Part shown: positions 27,261-35,745 of the stretch, in pieces
Numbering within the stretch: the first letter of the stretch is position 1
How the letters are laid out: each line of letters begins with the position of its first letter
Source: Minisyncoccota bacterium
Lineage (GTDB): Bacteria > Patescibacteriota > Minisyncoccia > Phycocordibacterales > UBA9973
Direction: 5' to 3'
DNA: 64,000 nucleotides
Assembly (NCBI GenBank): GCA_041665925.1
Contig: JBAYHW010000001.1
Location: 102,685-166,684 of the forward strand
The notes under the pieces: generated by a model
What the model was told of the DNA's origin: nothing
Databases searched by the model: none
What the model saw: the letters and a program-made list of their open reading frames with translations, nothing else
Made by a program: the position numbers and the translations under genes

Positions 27261-28193
27261 TTAATTTTTCAATTTTTGATTAATTGCATTTGCTAGATTG
27301 TTTGAATCTGACTCTAGCTTGGCAGCATTTTTTTCATACTGACTTATCCCTCCTAAGGCTACTATTACATCTGTGTCAAAAAGCTTTATGGCGCTTAAAT
27401 TTTCCACCAATCTTTCTAGGGAATTTATCACACTTAAATGAATAGCAGAGACAGAACTCGGAACACTTATTTTTACCAAAGCATCAATCATCTTATTTGT
27501 ATTGGTGATGATTGGGTTAAGTTCTTTCAATACAGTTACATCGACATTATTCTCATCAATTATGAATTTCTGCAATACATCCAGCACGGTATAGTCCATT
27601 TTGTATTTTTGGTATACTGCAGTTAAGGCGGTGTTATAAGTTACAAAAGCCTGGACATCATTTTTATTTACTATTTTTAAATCAGACATTACAAAAACTT
27701 TTTTAGGAGCAACATTTTGCACTTTTTCAGCCAAAGAATCAGTAATCTTGTCTACGGTAGCTTGATCCATTGCTCCGCTTTGAGTTGTGGCTACGATAGT
27801 AGAGAAAAGCTCTCTAGAGAATTGGTCAGTTTGGGTTAAATTTTCTGTATCTTGGCTTGTATCGCTTGTGCCAGGAGTAGATGCTTCCTGCTCAGCTCTT
27901 AATTTTGATATGGTGACATCATCCCTGGTGCCGGGAGTGGTTTCTGTTTTTGTCGGGTCAGTACCCCACAGTGTTTCTTCCCAGTCGGCAATGCCGTCCC
28001 CGTCTGTGTCTTTAGAGACTAGTTCCCCAATGGTTGTGGTTCTATAAGTTAAGCCTTCTTGGTTTGGTGTTTGGTTTTCATTACCTTTTTTAAATAAAGA
28101 GGTCACCATAGATGGGTCTTTTATTACAAAAAGCATCGCAAGAAATAGCACCGCAAAGACGATTAGAAATATCCTTTTGTGTTTTGCCCACAT
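27261..28193 (-). CDS. Membrane-anchored protein with a Ca-binding-like DTDGDGIADWEE motif. First gene of the cluster.
   Basis: An N-terminal TM helix followed by a thrombospondin-type-3/dockerin-like Asp-rich loop. Confidence 0.35.
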   Translation of the reverse strand: MWAKHKRIFLIVFAVLFLAMLFVIKDPSMVTSLFKKGNENQTPNQEGLTYRTTTIGELVSKDTDGDGIADWEETLWGTDPTKTETTPGTRDDVTISKLRAEQEASTPGTSDTSQDTENLTQTDQFSRELFSTIVATTQSGAMDQATVDKITDSLAEKVQNVAPKKVFVMSDLKIVNKNDVQAFVTYNTALTAVYQKYKMDYTVLDVLQKFIIDENNVDVTVLKELNPIITNTNKMIDALVKISVPSSVSAIHLSVINSLERLVENLSAIKLFDTDVIVALGGISQYEKNAAKLESDSNNLANAINQKLKN

Positions 28194-28238
28194 TAATTTA
28201 TTTATCTTTCAATTATAACACTTTTTTAAAAGTAAACA

Positions 28239-29009
28239 CTATAGAACAAGTGGAATCCAGTCCGAAAGAGCCAAGTCTTCGGCTCTTTTATTCCCCAGGT
28301 CTTCAAGTAAACCAAATTTTTCATTTTTTTGTAGTATTTTTAGGTTGGAAGAGAGCTTTTTTCGCTTGTGAGCAAAACCTGCCCTAATTATTTCCCAAAA
28401 ATTGCCTTCGTTTATGTTATTTTTCTCAAAAAATTGTCTTGAGATGTTTTTTATTGAAATTATAGCTGAATCCACCTTCGGAGCCGGGGAGAAATATCTT
28501 TTTCCTACTTTCATGACCATTTTTGGCTCCCCGTAAGCTTTGACGGAGATAGACAATATGCTTTCTTTTCCATCACGGGTGACAATTCTCTGTGCTACTT
28601 CATTTTGAACCATTAGGACCATAAGGCTAGGCTGGTTTTCTGCAGTTAAAAATTTTTTCAAAATTGCGCCAGTGATGTTGTAAGGGATATTGGCGATGAT
28701 TTTATAGGCTCTAGGCCCTAGGCTCTGGGCGCTAGTATTGAATTTTAAAATATCATCATTAATTAAATTTAATTTTCCAGATGAAATTTCTTTTTCAAAT
28801 TTAGTTTTTAAAAGGTCAAAAAGTTCACGATCTTTTTCTACCGCTATTACTTTTCCAGCTTTCTCTAAAAGTTTTGAAGTTAACGCTCCTTTTCCGGGGC
28901 CAATTTCTAAAATTACATCACGAGGAGTTACTTCTCCCGCTTCAATAATTTTATGCAAAGCCATCTCTGATTTCAGGAAATTCTGCCCGAGTGATTTTTT
29001 TGCCCTCAT
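28239..29009 (-). CDS. rsmA: 16S rRNA (adenine1518/1519-N6)-dimethyltransferase
   Basis: The N-terminus MRAKKSLGQNFLKSE and the SAM-binding motif EIGPGKGALT match KsgA/RsmA. Confidence 0.9.
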   Translation of the reverse strand: MRAKKSLGQNFLKSEMALHKIIEAGEVTPRDVILEIGPGKGALTSKLLEKAGKVIAVEKDRELFDLLKTKFEKEISSGKLNLINDDILKFNTSAQSLGPRAYKIIANIPYNITGAILKKFLTAENQPSLMVLMVQNEVAQRIVTRDGKESILSISVKAYGEPKMVMKVGKRYFSPAPKVDSAIISIKNISRQFFEKNNINEGNFWEIIRAGFAHKRKKLSSNLKILQKNEKFGLLEDLGNKRAEDLALSDWIPLVL

Positions 29010-30547
29010 ATAGATAAAATATCTTTTATAGTAAATAAATTTTTAGGAAAATAATTTTCTATAGTTGGCTGCATTAGTTTTTCTACGGGTGAAAAGTTAT
29101 CCGTTAAAATTATCGAATCTATGTCTTTAAAATGTTCCGCTAGAATTAATTTTCTTGCTAAGAAGTTATTTTTCCCCACTAATAACTTTTTATAAAGCTC
29201 CAGTTCACTTATAGGTAACTCTCCTTTTACCCCTACCAATACTACGTTTTGTACATTTTCAGGATTTTCACCAAACCCAAAAATATACAAATTTGGGAAG
29301 CTTATTTTGAAAGTATTTAATACACTTTTAGTGAATTCAGATTTTTCTCCAGCAAGTGAGCCGATAAAATTGATAGCATAAATTCCCCTATCATTTAATT
29401 TTTCTTTGATTTCATTATTCCATTCTTTCGTAAGTAGGTACCAAGGCACTGAGATAAAAGAATTATAAGCATCACCAAAAATCAAATCATATGTCTTGGT
29501 GTTTTTATTTATTATAATCTTCGCATCGCCTATCAATGTTTCTATGTCATATTTTTTGAGATCAAAAAAATTATTACCAATATTTATCATTTCTGGGTCT
29601 AGCTCTACAACTGAAACCTGGCTACTTTTATAAAAATCTTTAAAATATTTAGGCATTGTGTATGCCCCAGCCCCAATAACTAGTATATCTTGCACGTCCC
29701 TTTTTAAATTTGCAAATATCGGATATATTTCTGGATAATCCTGAATCTCATTTTCTGGTTGAATACTATGAAAATCAAAATCCAATGCTAAAACCCTTGA
29801 ATTACCATATGTAGGGACATAAGCATCTATAACTTTGGCGTCATAATAATTAGTTTCTTTTTCGTATACCACTTTTTTATTTAAGGTTTTTTGTTGCGTT
29901 GTGAAAATAATTATCGGTACAAAAACAACAGTCAAAATAAAAATTAGCAACAATTTTTTGTCTTTTATTGCGAAAATCAAACCTACTAAAAATAAAATTA
30001 CAGCCATTACCCATATTGTTTCTGCGCTTCCAATGTTTGAGATAAAGAAAAATCCAGTTAAAAACACCCCCAATATCCCACCAGCTGACCAGGCAAAAGA
30101 CAGAGTGCCGTACCGACTACCAATTTCCGAGAAATTTAAAGCAAATTTCTTCAGTATTATTGGTTGAATCAGCCCTATAGCTAGCGTGGGCAATAAAAAT
30201 AGATAGACAGATATCAAGAGATTAAGTCTTAAAATTGAATCAGAGGAGCTGGTGATAAAATCTGTATTGTGGGCCAAGGTTGGTATTAAAGACACGAAGA
30301 CAGAAGAGACCAAAAAAACCAAAGGCAAGGGGCTATTGCCTTCTACTTTATCGGCTATTTTACCCCCAATAAAACTTCCCAAGGCAAGCCCAGATAGGGT
30401 TATCCCTATAACCGACGTCCAAGTAAATACAGAAGATCCTATTATCGGAGCGACTACTCTTCCAGCAATAAGCTCTACGGTCATTACCGCAAATCCAGCT
30501 AAAAAAGAGCTGAATACGTAGAAAGATTGTTTATTTAAAATTTCCAT
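29006..30547 (-). CDS. Spermidine-synthase-like aminopropyltransferase fused to an N-terminal multi-TM domain
   Basis: About 230 aa of N-terminal TM helices are followed by an SpeE-like Rossmann core with VIGAGAYT, VELDPEMI and GDAY. Confidence 0.55.
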   Translation of the reverse strand: MEILNKQSFYVFSSFLAGFAVMTVELIAGRVVAPIIGSSVFTWTSVIGITLSGLALGSFIGGKIADKVEGNSPLPLVFLVSSVFVSLIPTLAHNTDFITSSSDSILRLNLLISVYLFLLPTLAIGLIQPIILKKFALNFSEIGSRYGTLSFAWSAGGILGVFLTGFFFISNIGSAETIWVMAVILFLVGLIFAIKDKKLLLIFILTVVFVPIIIFTTQQKTLNKKVVYEKETNYYDAKVIDAYVPTYGNSRVLALDFDFHSIQPENEIQDYPEIYPIFANLKRDVQDILVIGAGAYTMPKYFKDFYKSSQVSVVELDPEMINIGNNFFDLKKYDIETLIGDAKIIINKNTKTYDLIFGDAYNSFISVPWYLLTKEWNNEIKEKLNDRGIYAINFIGSLAGEKSEFTKSVLNTFKISFPNLYIFGFGENPENVQNVVLVGVKGELPISELELYKKLLVGKNNFLARKLILAEHFKDIDSIILTDNFSPVEKLMQPTIENYFPKNLFTIKDILSI

Positions 30548-30555
30548 AATATATA

Positions 30556-32556
30556 TTATATGTAAATTGTTTTTATTCCACTAGCCTCACCTTCTTTTTC
30601 TAGCAAATCTGAAGGAATGTCGCTGATAAATTCTGATGGGGTATTTATTTGTCGGGAACCGAAAATGGTTCGGAAGTTTGCAAAGGATAAAAATAATTTT
30701 TCTTTAGCTCTGGTGAGGGCCACATAGAAAAGTCGGCGCTCCTCCTCTCTGTCTTCGCCCGTTTGTCCTTCGTTTTGTCTTTGGTGTGGAAAGAGTCCAT
30801 CCTCTAGTCCGGTGACAAAAACATATTTGAATTCTAAACCCTTGGAAGCGTGGACAGTCATCAATTTCACGGCATTAATCGTTTCTTTTTTTTCTCCTCT
30901 TTCAATCAAAGAATCTTGATCTGAAGCGAGCGAAGCATCTTCTAAAAGTTTTTCTATCCCTGCGCCATTTTTTAAATTGTCATATTTTAGCGCTAGAGTT
31001 GCGAGTTCTTTTATGTTTTCTAATCTTTCTAAGTTTTCTTCCCCTCCATCCCCAAGCTCACTTTCAATGCCAGACTTTTTGACTACGAATTTTATTATCT
31101 CACTAGTTTTTGATTCTTGAATTTTTTCTTTTATTTCTTCTAATATATTATAGAAATTATTAACCTTTATACGTACTTTTATCGGTAGCTCATCTTTTTG
31201 TCCTGCAAAAATTTTCGCCAAAGTGACCTTACCTATTCCGCGGGCTGGGAAATTTATTATTCTTTTAACGTCTGATAAGCTTTCAGGATTCAATGCTGCA
31301 CGCAAGTATGCAAGGGTGTCCTTGATTTCTTTTCTTTCGAAAAATTTTACTCCGAGAACTTGATATGGGATATTGTATCTCAACATCGCTTCTTCTAAGG
31401 CTCTAGATTGGAAATTAGCACGGTATAATATGGCTATTTCAGACAACTGGGAGTCAGTAGTAATTTTTCTCAGGTTGTACTGCTTCGCAACGTCACCATT
31501 TAAAAACTTACTACTGACTCCATCTAAAATTTCTAAAATTTTTGTCGCCACAAATTCGGCTTCATCTGTTTCATCTATGGCTTCATACAAACCTATTTTC
31601 TCTCCTTCTGTGTTGTCGGTAAATAGATTTTTATCAGGGCGAAATTTATTTTTCTTAATTACTTCATTTGCCGCTTCTAAGATATTTTTTGTGGAACGAT
31701 AGTTTTGCTCTAGAAGAATTATTTTTGCGTTTGGATAATCTTTCTCAAAATTCAAAATATTTTTTAAATTTGCCCCTCGCCAAGAGTAAATGTTTTGATC
31801 GGCGTCCCCCACGACGCAAATGTTTTTATTTTTCTCTGAAAGTATTTTACACATCAAATATTGCACTTCGTTGGTATCCTGGTACTCATCCACGTGGATG
31901 TATTCCCACTTGTCTTGATAGATTTCCCGGACTTCTTTGTTTTCTTTTAATAATTTTGTCGCTTTTAAAAGCAGATCGTCGAAGTCTAATGCATTCTCTT
32001 TCATTTTTCTTTTTTCATATAAATTCCAAACCTGGGCCACAATTTTCCCGAAAGAACTTACTCCGCCTTCTTCTCTCTCCACATAGTCGGCTAGGTGGAT
32101 GAACTTTCCTTTTTCTCGGGAGATGACATTTTTTATTTTTTTCGGGTCATATTGTTTCGGGTCTATGCCGAGCTCTTTTAAGATGTCCTTTATAAGTGAA
32201 GTGGAATCATTTTCGTCTAAAATGGTGAAATATTTAGTTAGGCCTAAAATTCGAGCGTTTTCCTTTATGATAAAAACCCCCAATGAGTGGAAAGTGCTAA
32301 CAAATGGAAGTTTTTCTTGTTCTTGAGGTCCTTTGCTGTTTTTCCCTATTTCGGCAACAACCCTTTCCCGCATTTCTTTGGCTGCTTTGTTGGTAAAGGT
32401 GACTGCCAAGATTTTCTCAGGAGCCACTCCTTCTTTTATCAAATTCACTATTCTGTGGGTTATGGTTTTGGTTTTCCCTGCCCCTGCCCCGGCAACTATC
32501 AGAATAGCCCCCTTCGTATGGAGCGCGGCTTCTTTTTGCTCATTATTTAGTCCCAT
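30556..32556 (-). CDS. UvrD/PcrA-family SF1 DNA helicase
   Basis: Walker A is AGAGAGKTKTITHR and the SF1 motifs follow. The internal ATG at 32556 (MGLNNEQ) is preferred over the ORF-track start. Confidence 0.85.
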   Translation of the reverse strand: MGLNNEQKEAALHTKGAILIVAGAGAGKTKTITHRIVNLIKEGVAPEKILAVTFTNKAAKEMRERVVAEIGKNSKGPQEQEKLPFVSTFHSLGVFIIKENARILGLTKYFTILDENDSTSLIKDILKELGIDPKQYDPKKIKNVISREKGKFIHLADYVEREEGGVSSFGKIVAQVWNLYEKRKMKENALDFDDLLLKATKLLKENKEVREIYQDKWEYIHVDEYQDTNEVQYLMCKILSEKNKNICVVGDADQNIYSWRGANLKNILNFEKDYPNAKIILLEQNYRSTKNILEAANEVIKKNKFRPDKNLFTDNTEGEKIGLYEAIDETDEAEFVATKILEILDGVSSKFLNGDVAKQYNLRKITTDSQLSEIAILYRANFQSRALEEAMLRYNIPYQVLGVKFFERKEIKDTLAYLRAALNPESLSDVKRIINFPARGIGKVTLAKIFAGQKDELPIKVRIKVNNFYNILEEIKEKIQESKTSEIIKFVVKKSGIESELGDGGEENLERLENIKELATLALKYDNLKNGAGIEKLLEDASLASDQDSLIERGEKKETINAVKLMTVHASKGLEFKYVFVTGLEDGLFPHQRQNEGQTGEDREEERRLFYVALTRAKEKLFLSFANFRTIFGSRQINTPSEFISDIPSDLLEKEGEASGIKTIYI

Positions 32557-32915
32557 TAGATGGTCTGCGCTCGTATTCACCCTAACAATATAACACACAA
32601 TTATGATTTTTACCCTTATTTTATCGAATTTTTGCTAAAATTTACCCAAATTAGTTATCCACAGCAGGGTCTTGCTGGATTGACTTTTGGCCCTTTTTAC
32701 GATATTCTAAAGAGGTAGTTTTCTGAAGAGGAGCTGGGTACGAGCTGGCCGGACGAGAGAGTCGATAGTAACCATCGTGAGAACCTTTGTTTGCAGTGCT
32801 ATACGGTCGTGCTGTGATTCTACCCTTATTTCATTAGATTATTTGGGCAGAAAAGGAAATCTCGCGACAATTTGCTTGTTTTATAAAACCTAAATTCAAA
32901 ATTTTAAGATCTATT

Positions 32916-34019
32916 TTGACCTCATCCCTTTTGTTTGGGGCCATTTTTATACCCACCGAGTTTGTTAGGGCTAGCTTCCTAGCTTCCCTTTTTGGAGATC
33001 AGGTGTATGCGCAGACTGACGCAAGTGTCAATACTGTAAGTCTGCCGAAGCTTGGCAGTAATTCTCAGACCATCGGTATTCTTCAGGCTAATGTTTCTTC
33101 TGCTTCTATGGTTGAGGATAAAAATAAAGCTAAGGGTAAGGTTGAGGAAATAGACACCAATGCAAATATTTACATTGTTTCGGACAATGCCCTTGCCCCG
33201 TCTGTTGGCGCCTTGAGTGGAGTGGGGGGCGTAAGTGCTGATTCCGAGGTGTCTTTTGAAGATAAAAGCGTATACGTAATAAGAAAGGGTGACTCTTTGT
33301 CTCAAATAGCTCAAATGTTTAATGTTTCTGAAAATACTATTCTCTGGGCGAATGGGATGAAGAAAGGAGACAAGCTCAACGAAGGAGATGTTCTTTTCAT
33401 TTTACCAATTTCTGGGCTTGAGCATACAGTTACTAAGGGACAAACACTGGCAGGTATAGCTAAACTTTATAAAGTAGAGGTTGGTGACATTATTTTATCA
33501 AATGATGTGGCTATTGATACTGTACTTAATGCTGGTGATATTCTTATTATTCCCGATGCACAAAAATCTGAAGAAAGTGACAAACCAATAAAAAATCCAA
33601 GTGCCAGCTTAGCTAAAGATAAAAAATACTACGATACCCACAATATAAAAAATCTTGCCGGATACTTCATTAACCCCGTCCCTGGATATAGGCTAAGTCA
33701 AGGACTTCACGACAGAACAGCGGTTGACCTTGCGATAGCTAAAGGTACTCCTATCCATGCTTCAGCAGCAGGGAAAGTTATTCTCGCACGAACGGGGTAT
33801 AATGGAGGATATGGTAATCTCGTTATTATTTCTCATCCAAACGGCACCGAAACTTTATATGCCCATCAATCCAAAATTGCCACAAAAACTGGAGCTGAAG
33901 TATATCAAGGTGAGATTATCGGCTACGTAGGGTCTACTGGCCGTTCTACTGGACCACATTTACATTTTGAAGTTCGTGGAGCTCGAAATCCTGGTATTGA
34001 TAAATCCTGGAAATACTAA
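32916..34019 (+). CDS. LysM-domain peptidase M23 (cell-wall endopeptidase)
   Basis: Two LysM repeats (YVIRKGDSLSQIAQMF, HTVTKGQTLAGIAKLY) are followed by the M23 motifs HASAAGKVI and GSTGRSTGPHLHFEV. The start codon is uncertain; the ORF track uses TTG. Confidence 0.8.
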   Translation: MTSSLLFGAIFIPTEFVRASFLASLFGDQVYAQTDASVNTVSLPKLGSNSQTIGILQANVSSASMVEDKNKAKGKVEEIDTNANIYIVSDNALAPSVGALSGVGGVSADSEVSFEDKSVYVIRKGDSLSQIAQMFNVSENTILWANGMKKGDKLNEGDVLFILPISGLEHTVTKGQTLAGIAKLYKVEVGDIILSNDVAIDTVLNAGDILIIPDAQKSEESDKPIKNPSASLAKDKKYYDTHNIKNLAGYFINPVPGYRLSQGLHDRTAVDLAIAKGTPIHASAAGKVILARTGYNGGYGNLVIISHPNGTETLYAHQSKIATKTGAEVYQGEIIGYVGSTGRSTGPHLHFEVRGARNPGIDKSWKY

Positions 34020-34031
34020 AATTTTTTAAAT

Positions 34032-34760
34032 ATGGTCAAAAAAACCATTCCCGCTATATTTTTTTTATCGATAATCTCGATATTAATATTTTTTGTTATT
34101 GGATGGTCTAAATTTACAGAAAACACCCTAGAGAGAAATTCAGTAATAGAGAGTGTTCAATATGCATACCTAGATGTGCCTGCTTTTAAACAGCAATATC
34201 TTAGAAGTTGTGAAGAATCAGCACTCCGGATGGTGCTTGCTTTTTATGGTATACAGTCAAATGATATGGAAATAGTAAAAAAAGTTGGTTATGCTCCTAA
34301 ACCACATGATTTTAAGAATAATATTTGGGATGATCCGAATGAAATGTTTGTAGGGTCTATAGATGATAAAAACAAAAGTGGTTATGGGGCTTTTGCTCCA
34401 GCTATAGCTAAAGCTGCAACTTCTTTCGGTCGCAATGCCGAGAGCTACATAGGTGTATCTCCTCAATTTTTAGCAGAACAGATCTATAATGGTTATCCTG
34501 TTATAGTTTGGGGGTTTTATACTCCTCCACCATATATAAAATATTTCTGGAACACCCAAGATGGTAAAAAAATAAACGCTTATCGCGGTGAGCATACTCG
34601 AGTTGTCGTCGGAGTATACGGCAAGAAAACACAACCAACAGGGTTTTTATTGAATGATCCTTATACAGGGAGTAAGGACGAATATTGGAGCACTGAACGT
34701 TTAATGACCCAAATGAATACGTTCCCCGACCTGACTGATCAAGCGGTGGTAGTAAAGTAA
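34032..34760 (+). CDS. Putative papain-like cysteine peptidase (C39/BtrH-like), membrane-anchored
   Basis: An N-terminal TM helix, a candidate catalytic Cys in QYLRSCEESALRMV, and a His in GEHTRVVVG. The call is weak. Confidence 0.35.
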   Translation: MVKKTIPAIFFLSIISILIFFVIGWSKFTENTLERNSVIESVQYAYLDVPAFKQQYLRSCEESALRMVLAFYGIQSNDMEIVKKVGYAPKPHDFKNNIWDDPNEMFVGSIDDKNKSGYGAFAPAIAKAATSFGRNAESYIGVSPQFLAEQIYNGYPVIVWGFYTPPPYIKYFWNTQDGKKINAYRGEHTRVVVGVYGKKTQPTGFLLNDPYTGSKDEYWSTERLMTQMNTFPDLTDQAVVVK

Positions 34761-34770
34761 TTTACTATAT

Positions 34771-35742
34771 TTAATTAGCCTTAGTGTTTTGAATTGCGCC
34801 AGTGAATGGAATAAAATATACTCCGACATCTTTTCTGGAATGAACTCGTCCGTCAGCGTCTTTAGTATAGACGTACAATACTTGTCCTTTTTTAAATGGT
34901 TGTCCTACAGGGATAACCATTCTTCCGTTTGGTTTTAGTTGTTCAATTAAAGCTGGAGGCACGTATTGCGCAGCTGCGGTAACAATGATGATATCAAATC
35001 CCCCCTCTACTTCTGGCCAGCCATAGAAACCATCCCCCACTCGAGTCTCAACGTTGTTATAACCAAGTGGTTTGTAAATATTACTTACGGCTTCGCCTAG
35101 AGGTTTGATTATTTCAATTGAATACATTTTTTTTACAATGCGAGAAAGAAGTGCGCTTTGATAACCACTACCTGTGCCTATTTCTAGGGCAACATCATTA
35201 GCAGTTGGTTTGGTTATTTGGGTCATATATGTTTGCCCTAAATAGTCTGAAAGCGCAGAACCCCAACCTATAGCCCAAGGTTTTACTTTTTTAGCGGGAG
35301 TCTCATAAGCAACACTGGCAAAAGAGTTATCGTTTTGGTAGTGATATTGAAAATACTCACGAGGAACTTCATTGAAAGCACGTAGGACGGCAGGGTCAGC
35401 ACTTCCCAGTCTTTCAGTTAGATATGTATCTACAATTTGACTGGCTTCTTGTTTTCTTTTTTGAATTTCAAGAAAAGTATTGGCATCAATACCTGGTTTT
35501 CTATCACTCTCTAGCATGATCGTTTTATATTTTTCAAAAGTCCAGTCTATGCTTGAGGCATCGACAGCTTTTACCGTAGTGGTGTCTGTTGTAGCTTGTG
35601 TTTCGTCTAAAGGTGCTACCGGAAGATTCGCTATGTTTTCTACTTTATTGGTAACACTAGAAGTATTGTTTAATAAAATAAAAACCGAGTATCCAAGACC
35701 TGCGGCCAATACCAACAAAATCAAACCTTTTATATATTTCAT
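34771..35742 (-). CDS. pcm: Protein-L-isoaspartate O-methyltransferase with an N-terminal membrane anchor and an extra-long N-terminal region
   Basis: Contains LEIGTGSGYQSALLSRIV and the C-terminal PCMT motifs DIIIVTAAAQYVPPALIEQLKPNGRMVIPVG. Confidence 0.7.
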   Translation of the reverse strand: MKYIKGLILLVLAAGLGYSVFILLNNTSSVTNKVENIANLPVAPLDETQATTDTTTVKAVDASSIDWTFEKYKTIMLESDRKPGIDANTFLEIQKRKQEASQIVDTYLTERLGSADPAVLRAFNEVPREYFQYHYQNDNSFASVAYETPAKKVKPWAIGWGSALSDYLGQTYMTQITKPTANDVALEIGTGSGYQSALLSRIVKKMYSIEIIKPLGEAVSNIYKPLGYNNVETRVGDGFYGWPEVEGGFDIIIVTAAAQYVPPALIEQLKPNGRMVIPVGQPFKKGQVLYVYTKDADGRVHSRKDVGVYFIPFTGAIQNTKAN

Positions 35743-35745
35743 ATT

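Noticed and set aside
14568-28193. Diversity-generating retroelement targets in the secreted proteins of the T4SS-like cluster
   Set aside because: No template/variable repeat pair of about 100 bp and no reverse transcriptase gene were seen in the window. A computational self-alignment would be needed to exclude short pairs.
32640-32830. c-di-AMP (ydaO) or glycine riboswitch upstream of the LysM-M23 gene
   Set aside because: The conserved ydaO elements (ACGGGGA / GGGGUGAAUC-type) are not recognisable, and the glycine aptamer GCCGAAGG core is absent. It is kept only as an unexplained structured leader.
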